DNA from: Obrimoposthia wandeli
Taxonomy: Eukaryota
Direction: 5' to 3'
DNA: 64,000 nt
Assembly (NCBI GenBank): GCA_977020255.1
Contig: CDROCS010002432.1
Location: 62,001 to 126,000 of the forward strand
Positions 42,230-52,382 of this stretch are shown one piece after another. The notes below the pieces were generated by a model, which searched no databases, was not told the origin of the DNA, and was given only the letters and a program-made list of their open reading frames with translations. Each line of letters begins with the position of its first letter. Position 1 is the stretch's first letter. A program made the translations under genes and the position numbers.

Positions 42230-42306
42230 GTAAAGCCATAATGAGCGAGCCTATGATGAGCAAGCTATTGATAAGTAAAATGAACGATGAGATTAATTCG
42301 CTATGA
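42226..42306 (+). other. 26-codon linker mini-ORF overlapping both the cobS stop and the cobU start
   Basis: ATG 42226 overlaps cobS TGA (ATGA); frame reads [26 protein letters not shown] and its TGA (42304-42306) overlaps the cobU ATG; built from imperfect 15-nt repeats. Confidence 0.4.
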
Positions 42307-42992
42307 ATAAAGTACAGCTAATTATTGGCGGAGCTCGCTCGGGTAAAAGTTCGTTAGCAGAGCAATATGCTAAGTCGTCTAATTTGCCAGTAACTTATAT
42401 TGCTACTGCACAAGCATTCGACGCTGAAATGGAGCAAAGGATCAGTCAACATCAAGCTGGCCGACCTCAACATTGGGCTTTGATAGAGTCGCCTTTATTA
42501 CTAGCTCAGGCTATTGAGTCAGCCATAGCGTCCTCAAGCAGTGACCAAGGTATTTGCATATTAGTTGATTGTTTAACCTTGTGGCTGAGCAATAGTTTGT
42601 GCAAGCCAAGTGACGCTTTAGCGGATAACGGCCCTCAGTCAGACACTGATACAGGCACTCAGCCAGAAACGTATGCCGTTAACCTTGATTATTGGCAGCA
42701 AGAAAAAAAGCAATTACTTGCGCTACTAAGCCGTATTTCGCAACAAGCATGTAACGATAATAATAGTGACGTTGGGCGTGTTGAGATTATATTGGTCAGT
42801 AACGAAGTCGGTCACGGTATAGTGCCGATGGGCGAATTATCTCGACAATTTGTTGATCAAGCTGGCTGGTTACACCAAGCCATTGCTAGCATTGCCGATA
42901 ATGTCGAATTTGTGATGGCAGGCTTACCGTTAACATTAAAATCAACTGCAAAAAGTTGTACTCAAGACATTTATACAAAGGGTAAATTGTGA
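42303..42992 (+). CDS. cobU: Bifunctional adenosylcobinamide kinase / phosphate guanylyltransferase
   Basis: [46 protein letters not shown]. Confidence 0.95.
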   Translation: MNKVQLIIGGARSGKSSLAEQYAKSSNLPVTYIATAQAFDAEMEQRISQHQAGRPQHWALIESPLLLAQAIESAIASSSSDQGICILVDCLTLWLSNSLCKPSDALADNGPQSDTDTGTQPETYAVNLDYWQQEKKQLLALLSRISQQACNDNNSDVGRVEIILVSNEVGHGIVPMGELSRQFVDQAGWLHQAIASIADNVEFVMAGLPLTLKSTAKSCTQDIYTKGKL

Positions 42993-44482
42993 AAACATTA
43001 ATGGTGCAGGGCACTACTTCTGATGCAGGAAAAAGCACCTTAGTTGCGGGCTTATGCCGTGTATTAGTTAACGCAGGCTTTAACGTAGCGCCATTCAAAC
43101 CACAAAACATGGCGCTAAACAGTGCGGTAACTAAAGATGGCGGCGAAATTGGTCGCGCGCAAGCTTTGCAAGCGATTGCGGCAAAAGTTGAAGCACGAGT
43201 TGATTTTAATCCTATTTTGTTAAAACCTAATAGCGACACTGGCGCGCAAGTTATTGTCCATGGTAAAGCAATATCTAATATGGAAGCCGGCAAGTATCAC
43301 GACTACAAAAAAGTGGCGATGCAAGCGGTGCTGGAATCGCATCACCGTTTAGCCAACGATCACGACGTACTGCTCGTTGAAGGGGCCGGTAGCCCAGCTG
43401 AAATTAATCTTCGTGCTCATGATCTTGCCAATATGGGCTATGCCGAAGCCGTCGACTGCCCCGTTATTTTAGTGGCTGACATTGACCGTGGTGGTGTATT
43501 TGCTCACTTAGTTGGCACGCTAGCGCTACTTTCTGAGTCAGAGCAAGCAAGAGTGAAAGGTTTTATTATCAACCGTTTTCGCGGTGATATTAAATTACTT
43601 GAATCGGGCTTAGATTGGCTTGAAGAACGCACAGGCAAGCCAGTACTAGGTGTGTTGCCGTATTTACATGACTTAGCGTTAGACGCAGAAGATGCGGTCG
43701 CGCTTGATAACAAAGTCACGCAAGCGAAAGTGAAAATTTTTGTGCCGCTACTGCCACACATGAGCAACCATACCGATTTTGACCCATTGCGTTTACAGCC
43801 TAATATTGATTTGCAATACATCCGTATAGGTCAGTCGTTACAAGGCGCTGATTTAATTATTATTCCCGGCAGTAAAAATGTTACCTCTGATTTAACCTTT
43901 TTAAAGCAACAAGGTTGGCAACAAGAAATTGAACAGCACCTGCGCTATGGCGGTAAAGTGATGGGCATTTGTGGTGGCTATCAAATGTTAGGTAAACAGA
44001 TATTTGATCCTGAACATATTGAATCACATGTTGAGCAAGTATCAGGTTTAGGCTTGTTAGATTTCACCACCACGCTAACGCAAAACAAAACCTTAAGCCA
44101 AGTAACGGCGAACATGACGTTAAATGGTGAAACATGTCAGTTAACCGGCTATGAAATTCACTGTGGTGTCTCCACTGGCCCAGCGTTAACTCAACCATTA
44201 CTGCATATTGAAAGTGATGGTTCGGGTGTAAATCAGCCGATAGCAGACGGCTGTATCTCAGATGATAAGCAAATTATTGCCACCTACTTACATGGCTTTT
44301 TTGATTGCCCCGAGCCAACGCAAATGGTGCTGAATTGGTTAGGCATTAAAGGCTTACAAACGCCAGTAATTGACATTAACCAGCATCGAGAAATTCAACT
44401 TGAGCGTTTAGCTGATGTTTGTAATGAGCATTTAGCGATGGATAAAATTCAGCAGATTATTGCTCAGGGTAAAGAAACTTAG
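42989..44482 (+). CDS. cobQ: Cobyric acid synthase
   Basis: [63 protein letters not shown]. Confidence 0.96.
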   Translation: MKTLMVQGTTSDAGKSTLVAGLCRVLVNAGFNVAPFKPQNMALNSAVTKDGGEIGRAQALQAIAAKVEARVDFNPILLKPNSDTGAQVIVHGKAISNMEAGKYHDYKKVAMQAVLESHHRLANDHDVLLVEGAGSPAEINLRAHDLANMGYAEAVDCPVILVADIDRGGVFAHLVGTLALLSESEQARVKGFIINRFRGDIKLLESGLDWLEERTGKPVLGVLPYLHDLALDAEDAVALDNKVTQAKVKIFVPLLPHMSNHTDFDPLRLQPNIDLQYIRIGQSLQGADLIIIPGSKNVTSDLTFLKQQGWQQEIEQHLRYGGKVMGICGGYQMLGKQIFDPEHIESHVEQVSGLGLLDFTTTLTQNKTLSQVTANMTLNGETCQLTGYEIHCGVSTGPALTQPLLHIESDGSGVNQPIADGCISDDKQIIATYLHGFFDCPEPTQMVLNWLGIKGLQTPVIDINQHREIQLERLADVCNEHLAMDKIQQIIAQGKET

Positions 44483-44629
44483 CATTGATACTATTTCATT
44501 AAATTGTTTGCAGTAGTAACGCATAAGGGCTATTGAAGCTGTTTTTATAACTTAATATCTTATAGATATAATGTAACTCAGCTAACAAATATCAACATGA
44601 AAAGAATCTAAACTAGCGACAGTAATTAA

Positions 44630-44780
44630 CAATGTTAGTTACTGTTTCTGCAACTACAGCAATAACACCTGTTTGAGGAAGTATAAACCGTGACAGCTCA
44701 CGAAATTTCTACACTGCCCCCGCAACGGTGAAGCACGTTATTTTGTTATAGCGTCGTCAGTCCGAGCACTTGAACTTACT
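44630..44780 (+). ncRNA. Cobalamin riboswitch (variant) upstream of btuB
   Basis: GAGGAAGTATAAA...TTTCTACACTGCCCCCGCAACGGTGA ... AGTCCGAGCAC; extra CGTGA-CAGC-TCACG hairpin within the stem; 5' boundary approximate. Confidence 0.78.
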
Positions 44781-44843
44781 TAATTACACCACGTATAAAC
44801 GTGGTAATACATATGATGCGGTGGGCATCATTAATGAGGTCAT

Positions 44844-46683
44844 ATGAACATTAAGCAAAATAACTTTTTCAAAAAATCATTATTATCATTAGCGGTTGCT
44901 GGTGCAATGTCGACATCTTTTATTGCTTCAGCAAATACTGAAAGCACAATGGAAGATATCGAAGTATTAACGGTAACTGCAACCCGCTCAAGCTTGAATA
45001 TTGATGATGCTTTGACCAGTCAAGTCGTGATCACTCGTGCTGATATCGAATTAGCCAATCCAATTTCAATACTAGATTTATTATCATCAGTACCAAGTAT
45101 TGATATCGCATCTAATGGTGGTAAAGGGCAATCTAGCTCAGTTTTTATGCGTGGAACAAGCTCTGATCATACCTTAGTCTTGGTTGATGGAGTCCGTGTA
45201 AGCTCTGCAACATCTGGTGGTACAAGCTTTAGTACGATTTCTCCTGAAATGATTGAGCGTATCGAAATAGTGCAAGGTCCACGTGCAGCATTGTGGGGCT
45301 CAGACGCTATTGGCGGTGTTATACAGATATTTACCCGTCAATTAGCCGACGGTGAATTATTTGCTGGTGCAAGTTTTGGTAGCGACAGCTATAAAAAATA
45401 TAAAGCGGGCGCAGGTATTAGTCACGGTGACGGTCAAACCACTATTACTGTAAGTAAAGAACAAAGTGATGGTTATGATGTTAAGGAAGGCACTGAAACT
45501 GATGATGATGGTTACGACTTTACCTCTATTGCCATTCGCGGTCAGCAAAAAATTACCGATGACTTTTCAGCTGAATGGTTACTATCAAGTGATAGCGGCG
45601 ATAACGAATTTGATGGATTCTATAACGGTTCAGATATCAAAAACCATGCATGGTTAGTGCGTGCTAATTATCAAAGTGATTTCAATGGTGTTAAAAACAT
45701 CACAGCTTTCTCAATTGGACAAAATCGCGATAGCGCTGATAGCTTGAAAGATGGTGCATCTCAAGGTGTTTTTGAAACCCGTCGTAATCAATACTCATTG
45801 ATCAATAACAGCCAGTTTTCAGATGACTTACAATTAAATTTAGGTGTCGATCATTACCAAGATGATGTCTCTAAAAGTGATACAACTTATGCTATTGAAG
45901 AACGTGATACGACAGGTGTTTTTGCTCACACACTTTATACACAAGATGCCTGGACATATGAAGCAACACTAAGACATGACAATGTTGAAGACATAGAATC
46001 AGAAAATACTTATAACTTAGGAATAGGTTATAAATTTAGCGATGATAGCCGTATTGTTTTTAATCATGGAACGGGCTTCAAAGCACCTACGTTTAACGAT
46101 TTATACTACCCTTTTGGTGGTAATGAACTGTTAGTTTCTGAATTTTCTAAGTCATCTGAAGTATTCTTTGAAACTAAGCTTGATGACATCAATGTCAGCT
46201 GGAATTTTTACCATTCAAATGTTGATAATTTAATTGTTTGGGATGGCAGTAAATCTGACAACATTGAAGAAGCTGAAATTAATGGTCTTGAATTTGCTCT
46301 AAATTTTGAAAAGCTTGGTGGTGTTCATGATTTTAATATGTCATATACTGATGCTGAAGATCTACAGAAAAAAGAGCAACTTATTCGTCGTGCTAAAGAG
46401 AAGTTTAATTACAAATACACCACCACGATAAATGATGCTGATATTTATGTACAATACCAATTTGTCGGTAAGATTAACGGATTAGAAATATCGGCAGTGT
46501 TTAAGATGAGTGAACAAAGTTTATCGTTGTAATTGATCAGTTAGGGAGTTAAACTATGCAATCTCTAAAAACTTTAGCCTTTCTTCTCGAGTGACTAATT
46601 TGCTAGACAAAGAATATCAAACAGCTAACACTTATAATGCTCAAGAACGTGCATTTTATTTTGGTATTACTTACCAAAACTAA
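44844..46683 (+). pseudogene. btuB: TonB-dependent vitamin B12 receptor with reading-frame break near 46470-46550 (real or sequencing artefact)
   Basis: Signal peptide, TonB-box-like EVLTVTATR, plug (VFMRG...TLVLVDG, IERIEIVQGP.AALWGSDAIGGVI), GFKAPTFNDLY; ORF stops at 46532 but the terminal barrel strands ISKNFSLSSRVTNLLDKEYQTANTYNAQERAFYFGITYQN continue in another frame at 46561-46683. Confidence 0.8.
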
Positions 46684-46798
46684 TACTCGAACTGAGAGTA
46701 ATTGACTGATTTAAAGCAAAAGGCACCTGACGAGGTTATCTCTGCCTTTTTATATTAGCGTATGATGAATCCCCAAGATACTATGCCTATAAATAGGC

Positions 46799-47848
46799 CT
46801 ATGTTAATTCGCTGCAAGCCTGACGACAGGCACTCTCCAATCGCTTAAGATTTTCTTCTATGCTTATACCAAATCTTAAGGTGTCCTGTTCATCTGAAAG
46901 GCGGCAGTAAACCCCTTGCTGACACAATAAATGGTAGAGTTTTTTTGCACTATCAGTTTGATGAAAACTCAAGGTGAGGAATAAATCACAGCCATTAATA
47001 TCAAGCACTAAAGCTTGAGGAAATACTTCATTAAGCATTTTTTCTTGTGCTTTTCTCAATGTTTTCAAGCGTGAATTCTGCTCTTTTTGCCAGTTGATAT
47101 CAGCTAAAGCTCGCTCAGCAATAATTTGCGCTGGACCATTTACTTGCCACGGACCTAATAGTGCTTTAAATTTTTGACACCAATAGCCGTCTGCTACTAG
47201 AAAGCCAATACGAATCCCCGCTAAGCCAAAAAATTTACCAAATGAGCGTAGCACAATAACGTGATTATCTTCGACTTGGCTGCCATAGGACTGACTACTT
47301 GGCATAACATCAATAAAGGCTTCATCAAGTACGAGTAAACCCTGTAGTTGTTTTAACTTTTCATGATATTGAACGATGATTTCTCGGTCAAAAAACGTTC
47401 CTGTAGGATTATTCGGGTTAATGATCACGACGACACTGTTTGCTGATAACTGATTTATATCAGGTAGTGACGCTTGATAAAAATGTAATGTGTAACCAGC
47501 GACTTTCCAAGCATGGGCATGCTCTTTATAGCCTCGTTCAGGTAAGTAGACATTTTTGGCGTGAATATTTTTTTGCCGATATAGCTCAGGTAAGGCTTTA
47601 ATAATTGCCTGACTGCCGTTAGTAACCACAAGCTCTGAGCATTGATAGTACTGTTTTGCAGCCGTGATCAGTTCAGGGTTTCGTTGTGGTAATTGTTGCC
47701 ATGCGCTTAACGGGATATCAGGAATTGGATAGCTTATTGGCGCAATACCGGTTGATAGGTCTAACCAATCACTTGTGGGGATTTTATATTGTTCGGCAAT
47801 TTGTTGTAGCTGCCCGCCATGAATTAAGGCCATTTTTTTCCTAGTCAT
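46799..47848 (-). CDS. cobD: Threonine-phosphate decarboxylase (CobD; CobC in aerobic-pathway nomenclature)
   Basis: HGG, WLDLSTGIAP, NGSQAII, NPNNPTG, LDEAFID, LRSFGKFFGLAGIRIGF PLP motif. Confidence 0.9.
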   Translation of the reverse strand: MTRKKMALIHGGQLQQIAEQYKIPTSDWLDLSTGIAPISYPIPDIPLSAWQQLPQRNPELITAAKQYYQCSELVVTNGSQAIIKALPELYRQKNIHAKNVYLPERGYKEHAHAWKVAGYTLHFYQASLPDINQLSANSVVVIINPNNPTGTFFDREIIVQYHEKLKQLQGLLVLDEAFIDVMPSSQSYGSQVEDNHVIVLRSFGKFFGLAGIRIGFLVADGYWCQKFKALLGPWQVNGPAQIIAERALADINWQKEQNSRLKTLRKAQEKMLNEVFPQALVLDINGCDLFLTLSFHQTDSAKKLYHLLCQQGVYCRLSDEQDTLRFGISIEENLKRLESACRQACSELT

Positions 47849-47872
47849 AAAATATTGTCAGTGGGCTTGGTA

Positions 47873-48925
47873 TTAAATGAACGTTCCATAGATATTAGCG
47901 ATTAATTGCCAGATAAAAACCCAGGTCACTAACAGTAAACTCGCACGATTAACAACATGTAAACTCAGAGGAATATCAGCAATGCTAACAACACGTCCTG
48001 CGCCTAAAGTAACCGAATGAACAACGCTGCCATGATATTGAGCGCTGCCGCCTAATTTTATTGCCATAACGGTTGCGCCAGCGGCCATTACCCAGCCACC
48101 ATTATGACTCTTATATTGCTTGCCTTGGTTATAGGCATTACGAAGTGCCTTGGTAAAAAGGCGATGCGGTAGACCTTGTAGTGCATAGAGCAGCGCACAA
48201 CATTTTCCTGAAATGAAGCCGAGTAAATCGTCGAGACGAGCACTGGCATAACCAAAATTAATAAAGCGAGTGTTTTTATAGCCCCACATTGCATCTAAGG
48301 TATTGGCAAGGCGATGTAAAATTACCAGAGGTGCTCCACCAATAAGGTAGTAAACAAGTGATGCGATAACAGCGTCATGGCCGTTTTCTAACATGGATTC
48401 AACCGTGGCTCTCGACATTTCTTGCTCGGTAAGTTCAGCGGTTTCTCTACTGACAATATAACCGGTGAAGTGGCGAGCGTTATCAAGGTCGCCAGACTTT
48501 AATGGTCGGTAAATCTGCATGGCATGTTGATATAAACTATTCAGCCCGATTGCTAAATAAAGTACCGTGGCATCGGCCACTATTTGCCCATACCAAGTTA
48601 ACTGCTCAATGAGGAAATAATAAAGTACCGGTAATGGCAGTACCAATAAGCACCAAGCCATAGCGCCGAGTAGTTTTGCTTTTAATGCAGAATTAACTTT
48701 TGTTGATGCTTTGTCTATTGTAGGCGGATTAAGTTTTGCTGCCAGTTTGTTGGCTAACCAGCCAAAGCCAACCAAGTAATGAAAACGTTTTGCTTCACCT
48801 AAGATTTTATCCATCAATAGCGCGATGAACAGCGTTAATACCACACTAAACTCCGGCAGTATCGCTGTAGCTTGTTGAAATATACTGTGTTGAAATATAT
48901 TGTGCTGAAAAATATGCTCAAACAA
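47873..48925 (-). CDS. cbiB: Adenosylcobinamide-phosphate synthase
   Basis: IVSRET, RATVESMLEN..DAV, LANTLDAMWGYKN, FGYASARLDDLL, SHNGGW; N-terminus has three imperfect 15-nt repeats (IFQHN IFQHS IFQQ). Confidence 0.92.
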   Translation of the reverse strand: MFEHIFQHNIFQHSIFQQATAILPEFSVVLTLFIALLMDKILGEAKRFHYLVGFGWLANKLAAKLNPPTIDKASTKVNSALKAKLLGAMAWCLLVLPLPVLYYFLIEQLTWYGQIVADATVLYLAIGLNSLYQHAMQIYRPLKSGDLDNARHFTGYIVSRETAELTEQEMSRATVESMLENGHDAVIASLVYYLIGGAPLVILHRLANTLDAMWGYKNTRFINFGYASARLDDLLGFISGKCCALLYALQGLPHRLFTKALRNAYNQGKQYKSHNGGWVMAAGATVMAIKLGGSAQYHGSVVHSVTLGAGRVVSIADIPLSLHVVNRASLLLVTWVFIWQLIANIYGTFI

Positions 48926-49042
48926 TGTTGCTACTGCCTTAATACTTTCGGGTTAGAAAACTAAATTACCTTTAAAATACTTATCGAAAGCGCCTAACTA
49001 AACAGTTTACCTAAAGCGCTTTAGCTAAGCTGTTTATGTTGA

Positions 49043-49627
49043 TTACTGTTCAACTAATTGAAATTGATTATCCTGATGGTGATAATTCAAGCTTAATAAG
49101 CAACCATTGTCGAAGAGTTGATAAGCATTGCCGGTTGAATTTTCACCTAACCTTGCTAATAAGCAACGCAGTGCTTCGCCATGAAAAATCACCAGTAAAT
49201 TTTTACTTTTCTGGCTCAGTGCTAGCGCCTTTAATGCTTGATAGATGCGTTCGCCGCATAGCATTGCGCTTTCACCATCAACAGGTTTTAGGTCGGTAAA
49301 TTGGTGTAATATTTCATGATAATTTTTATCATTATTAATATCATTAACATGCATACCTTGCCAGTGACCTAAATCTCTTTCGTCCAAGCTATCTAAACTC
49401 ATAACGGGAGCATTTAATTTTTGCTGACATATCGCCGCGCTTGCAATTGCTCGTCCTAGTGAGGAAGAAACAATAAGGTCTATTTTTTTACTGACAAGTT
49501 GCAAAGCAACATTTTCTGATTGTTGTTTACCTAAAGCGGTTAGTTCACTGTCTAATTGCCCCTGAAAACGTTGCACTTTATTCCATTGGGTTTGTCCGTG
49601 ACGAGCTAAATATAGCGTTGTTTTCAT
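49043..49627 (-). CDS. Histidine phosphatase family protein (second phosphatase of the cob island)
   Basis: YLARHGQTQWN, QGQLDSELT, SSSLGRA, LDERDLGHWQG, DGES, HG. Confidence 0.88.
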   Translation of the reverse strand: MKTTLYLARHGQTQWNKVQRFQGQLDSELTALGKQQSENVALQLVSKKIDLIVSSSLGRAIASAAICQQKLNAPVMSLDSLDERDLGHWQGMHVNDINNDKNYHEILHQFTDLKPVDGESAMLCGERIYQALKALALSQKSKNLLVIFHGEALRCLLARLGENSTGNAYQLFDNGCLLSLNYHHQDNQFQLVEQ

Positions 49628-49811
49628 TTCTTAGCTCTATGCTGTAGCGGTTAAAATATGATAATTGGCTGGGGAGAATAACTAAATCACTAACTTGATT
49701 CAATGCAATTGTTTTTTCTGCGCATTATTGCGCTGATAAGCATCCCGTAGAGGCAGGTAAAAGGGTGTTATTTGTTGAATAACCGTTGAGCATGGCGTAA
49801 TATCATCGCAG

Positions 49812-50038
49812 ATTTAGGTGTCTTGAGTTACTGGGTTAATTGGGTGAAATTTATCTGTTTAACACCGATAACAAAGATGAAACGTGAAACTGGTGAAATA
49901 CCAGTACTGCCCCCGCAACGGTAACTGTGAGCAGCAACAAAACCACTGTATTAATCCACTACTTTATTTAACAAAATAGTGACGATATGGGAAGGTGTTG
50001 CAAGTGCGATGAACAGGAGTCCGGAGACCGGCCTAAAG
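49812..50038 (+). ncRNA. Cobalamin riboswitch upstream of btuM-cobB-cobN operon
   Basis: TTTAGGTG...GTGAAACTGGTGAAATACCAGTACTGCCCCCGCAACGGTAA...CCACTG...TGGGAAGG...AGTCCGGAGACCGGCCTAAA, with closing P1 pairing. Confidence 0.92.
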
Positions 50039-50176
50039 CTATCACTCGACAACTGCGGTGGGCGGTAATTCAGAGAATAGTATATGGTCTGAATTGTTTT
50101 TTACGATCGCATGATGTATTAAAGCGCACTTTTAACGCTGCCATTATTCATTACACGATTAAACCGTATACCAACT

Positions 50177-50833
50177 TTGATTTCTTACACCGTTAATATT
50201 CTATCTATATTAGGCAACGGGATCGTTATGAAATCAGACCAAAAAAAATTACCCATCAACTTGTTTATTGCCGTGTTGGCAATATTAAGCTTTCTTATGT
50301 TAGCTACGCGTACACACCATTTTTCTAGCTTTAACCATTTGCCCAGCGCATCAATTGCTATTTTCTTTCTAGCAGGCATGTATTTACGAAATATTAAAGC
50401 CTTTTGGTTTTTTTACATTTTGACGTTAACAATAGATCTCGCGTCATCTTATTATCGTGGTCAATTTGGTGATTGTATTACCACGTCATATCCCGCGTTA
50501 GTCTTAAGCTACGGCGTTATGTTCACGGTGGGCTATTATACTCGCCCTAACTGGCAACAAAGCGATTGGCATATCAATATTATTAAGGTGGCATTAGCGC
50601 TATTTATTGCTAGTTCAATTGCTTTCTTTATTTCAAATGGTAGCTATTACGCACTATCAGGTAAGTTTCCTGAGTTGTCTTGGGCCGAATACGCCACCCG
50701 TGTTGATAAATATTTCTTTAAGTCTATTTCTAATCCTATTTTTTATGTTACCTCCGCGATGGTTATTGATTTTACCATCAGCCGCTTCTTTGTAGATAAA
50801 ACCATAGATACCAAGGCTAATAACTCGCTTTAA
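50177..50833 (+). CDS. btuM: BtuM-type cobalamin S-component transporter
   Basis: LMLATRTHHF...LPSASIAIFFLAG, C.T..Y, F.ISNGSYYALSG.F match the solitary ECF S-component BtuM pattern; riboswitch-controlled; likely start ATG 50228. Confidence 0.8.
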   Translation: MISYTVNILSILGNGIVMKSDQKKLPINLFIAVLAILSFLMLATRTHHFSSFNHLPSASIAIFFLAGMYLRNIKAFWFFYILTLTIDLASSYYRGQFGDCITTSYPALVLSYGVMFTVGYYTRPNWQQSDWHINIIKVALALFIASSIAFFISNGSYYALSGKFPELSWAEYATRVDKYFFKSISNPIFYVTSAMVIDFTISRFFVDKTIDTKANNSL

Positions 50834-50875
50834 TTTTTAGCTTGTTAACCATAGTTTAATTAGAAGGATAGCTTA

Positions 50876-52309
50876 ATGGCTTCTGCAAAAAAGCAAACGT
50901 CAGCAGTTTCAAGCACTGCATTTAAAAATAAGTCTGAACATAAGCAGGGCAGTGGTGTTATGTGTTCAGCATTTATTATTGCTGCACCGCATTCGGGCTC
51001 AGGTAAAACAACGGTAACAGCGGCATTAGCCCGTTATCATCGCAATCAAGGGCGCAAAGTTACCGTGTTTAAAGTCGGGCCTGACTTTATTGACCCCATG
51101 ATTTTACGCCAAGCTAGTGGCGAGTTGGTTTATCAATTAGATTTGTGGCTTGTTGGTGAACAAGGCTGCCAAGAGCTACTTTACCGTGCGGCACAAGAGT
51201 CTGATCTTATTCTGATTGAAGGCGTCATGGGCTTGTTTGATGGCAACCCGAGTAGTGCAGACCTAGCGGAATACTTTAACATTCCAGTGCTAGGGGTTAT
51301 TGATGCCAAGGCAATGGCACAAACCTTTGCTGCGGTAACGTTTGGTTTAGCCAATTTTAGAAAAAACTTACCTTTTGCTGGCGTCATTGCTAATCGTGTT
51401 AATAGTGAGCGCCATATTGAGTTGATCAGTGAAGGCTTTCCAGAAGAGTTTCGCTTTTACGGCCGTCTGCCAAAAGATGAAACGATTACCTTACCTGCAC
51501 GTCATTTAGGCTTAGTGCTGGCGCAAGAGTTATCCGATATTGATGCTCAGCTTGATCAAGCGGCAAGTCATATTGCCAATACCGGATTGACTGAGTTACC
51601 TGAGCAAGTAGAATTTTTTGCCTGTAATACCAATAATACTGAAACTGAAACTAAAATTGCAGCTGAGAACAAGCAAGCATTGCTTGGCACGCGCATTATT
51701 ATCGTACGAGACAGCGCTTTTAGCTTTATCTATGCCGCTAACATTGCCTTTTTAGAGCAAGCCGGCGCCGAGCTAGTGTATTGTTCAGCACTGAATGATG
51801 CCCATTTACCAGATGGCGATATTTTATATATTCCCGGTGGTTATCCTGAGCTATACATTGAACAGTTAATGGCGAATGTGACTTTTCTTGATGACATTAA
51901 AGGCTTTGCTGCGAGCAATAAGCCTATTATTGCTGAGTGCGGCGGTATGATGTATTTACTTGAGCAACTTACCGATATGTCAGGGCAAGAATTTTCGATG
52001 CTAGGTTTATTGCCTGGTAAGGCGATTATGCAGAAAAAAGTTGCGGCTATTGGCTCGCAGTGGGTTAATTTAACGGGTTTTGGTGAAAGTGCTAACAACA
52101 CTGACAACATCATGCGCGGACATAGTTTTCATTATTCTGCTGCTGAAATTGCGTTAGCGCCTAACGCTCAAACGACACATCATCCGAGTGAGCGGGCTGG
52201 CGAATTTGTTTACCAGCACAACAACATTCTTGCGTCTTACATGCATTGGTATTTACCGAGTAATCCGAGTTTAACCTTACGCATTTTTGATAAAACGCGT
52301 TGTTTTTAA
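50876..52309 (+). CDS. cobB: Cobyrinate / hydrogenobyrinate a,c-diamide synthase
   Basis: AAPHSGSGKTT, FKVGPDFIDP, IEGVMGLFDG, RHLGL, YIPGGYPE, AECGGMMYL, GHSFHYS, SYMH. Confidence 0.93.
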   Translation: MASAKKQTSAVSSTAFKNKSEHKQGSGVMCSAFIIAAPHSGSGKTTVTAALARYHRNQGRKVTVFKVGPDFIDPMILRQASGELVYQLDLWLVGEQGCQELLYRAAQESDLILIEGVMGLFDGNPSSADLAEYFNIPVLGVIDAKAMAQTFAAVTFGLANFRKNLPFAGVIANRVNSERHIELISEGFPEEFRFYGRLPKDETITLPARHLGLVLAQELSDIDAQLDQAASHIANTGLTELPEQVEFFACNTNNTETETKIAAENKQALLGTRIIIVRDSAFSFIYAANIAFLEQAGAELVYCSALNDAHLPDGDILYIPGGYPELYIEQLMANVTFLDDIKGFAASNKPIIAECGGMMYLLEQLTDMSGQEFSMLGLLPGKAIMQKKVAAIGSQWVNLTGFGESANNTDNIMRGHSFHYSAAEIALAPNAQTTHHPSERAGEFVYQHNNILASYMHWYLPSNPSLTLRIFDKTRCF

Positions 52310-52336
52310 TTCGCCCTGCAAATTTTATCTAGCACC

Positions 52337-52370
52337 GCTTGGTTAATGATATTTTATTAACCAAGCTTTT
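52337..52370 (+). terminator. Intrinsic terminator-like hairpin between cobB and the cobN-like gene
   Basis: GCTTGGTTAAT-GATATTTT-ATTAACCAAGC followed by TTTT. Confidence 0.6.
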
Positions 52371-52382
52371 AGCCCCCGTTTT

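Noticed and set aside
49987-50196. 69-aa ORF upstream of btuM
   Set aside because: Overlaps the 3' half and expression platform of the cobalamin riboswitch; better explained as RNA structure.
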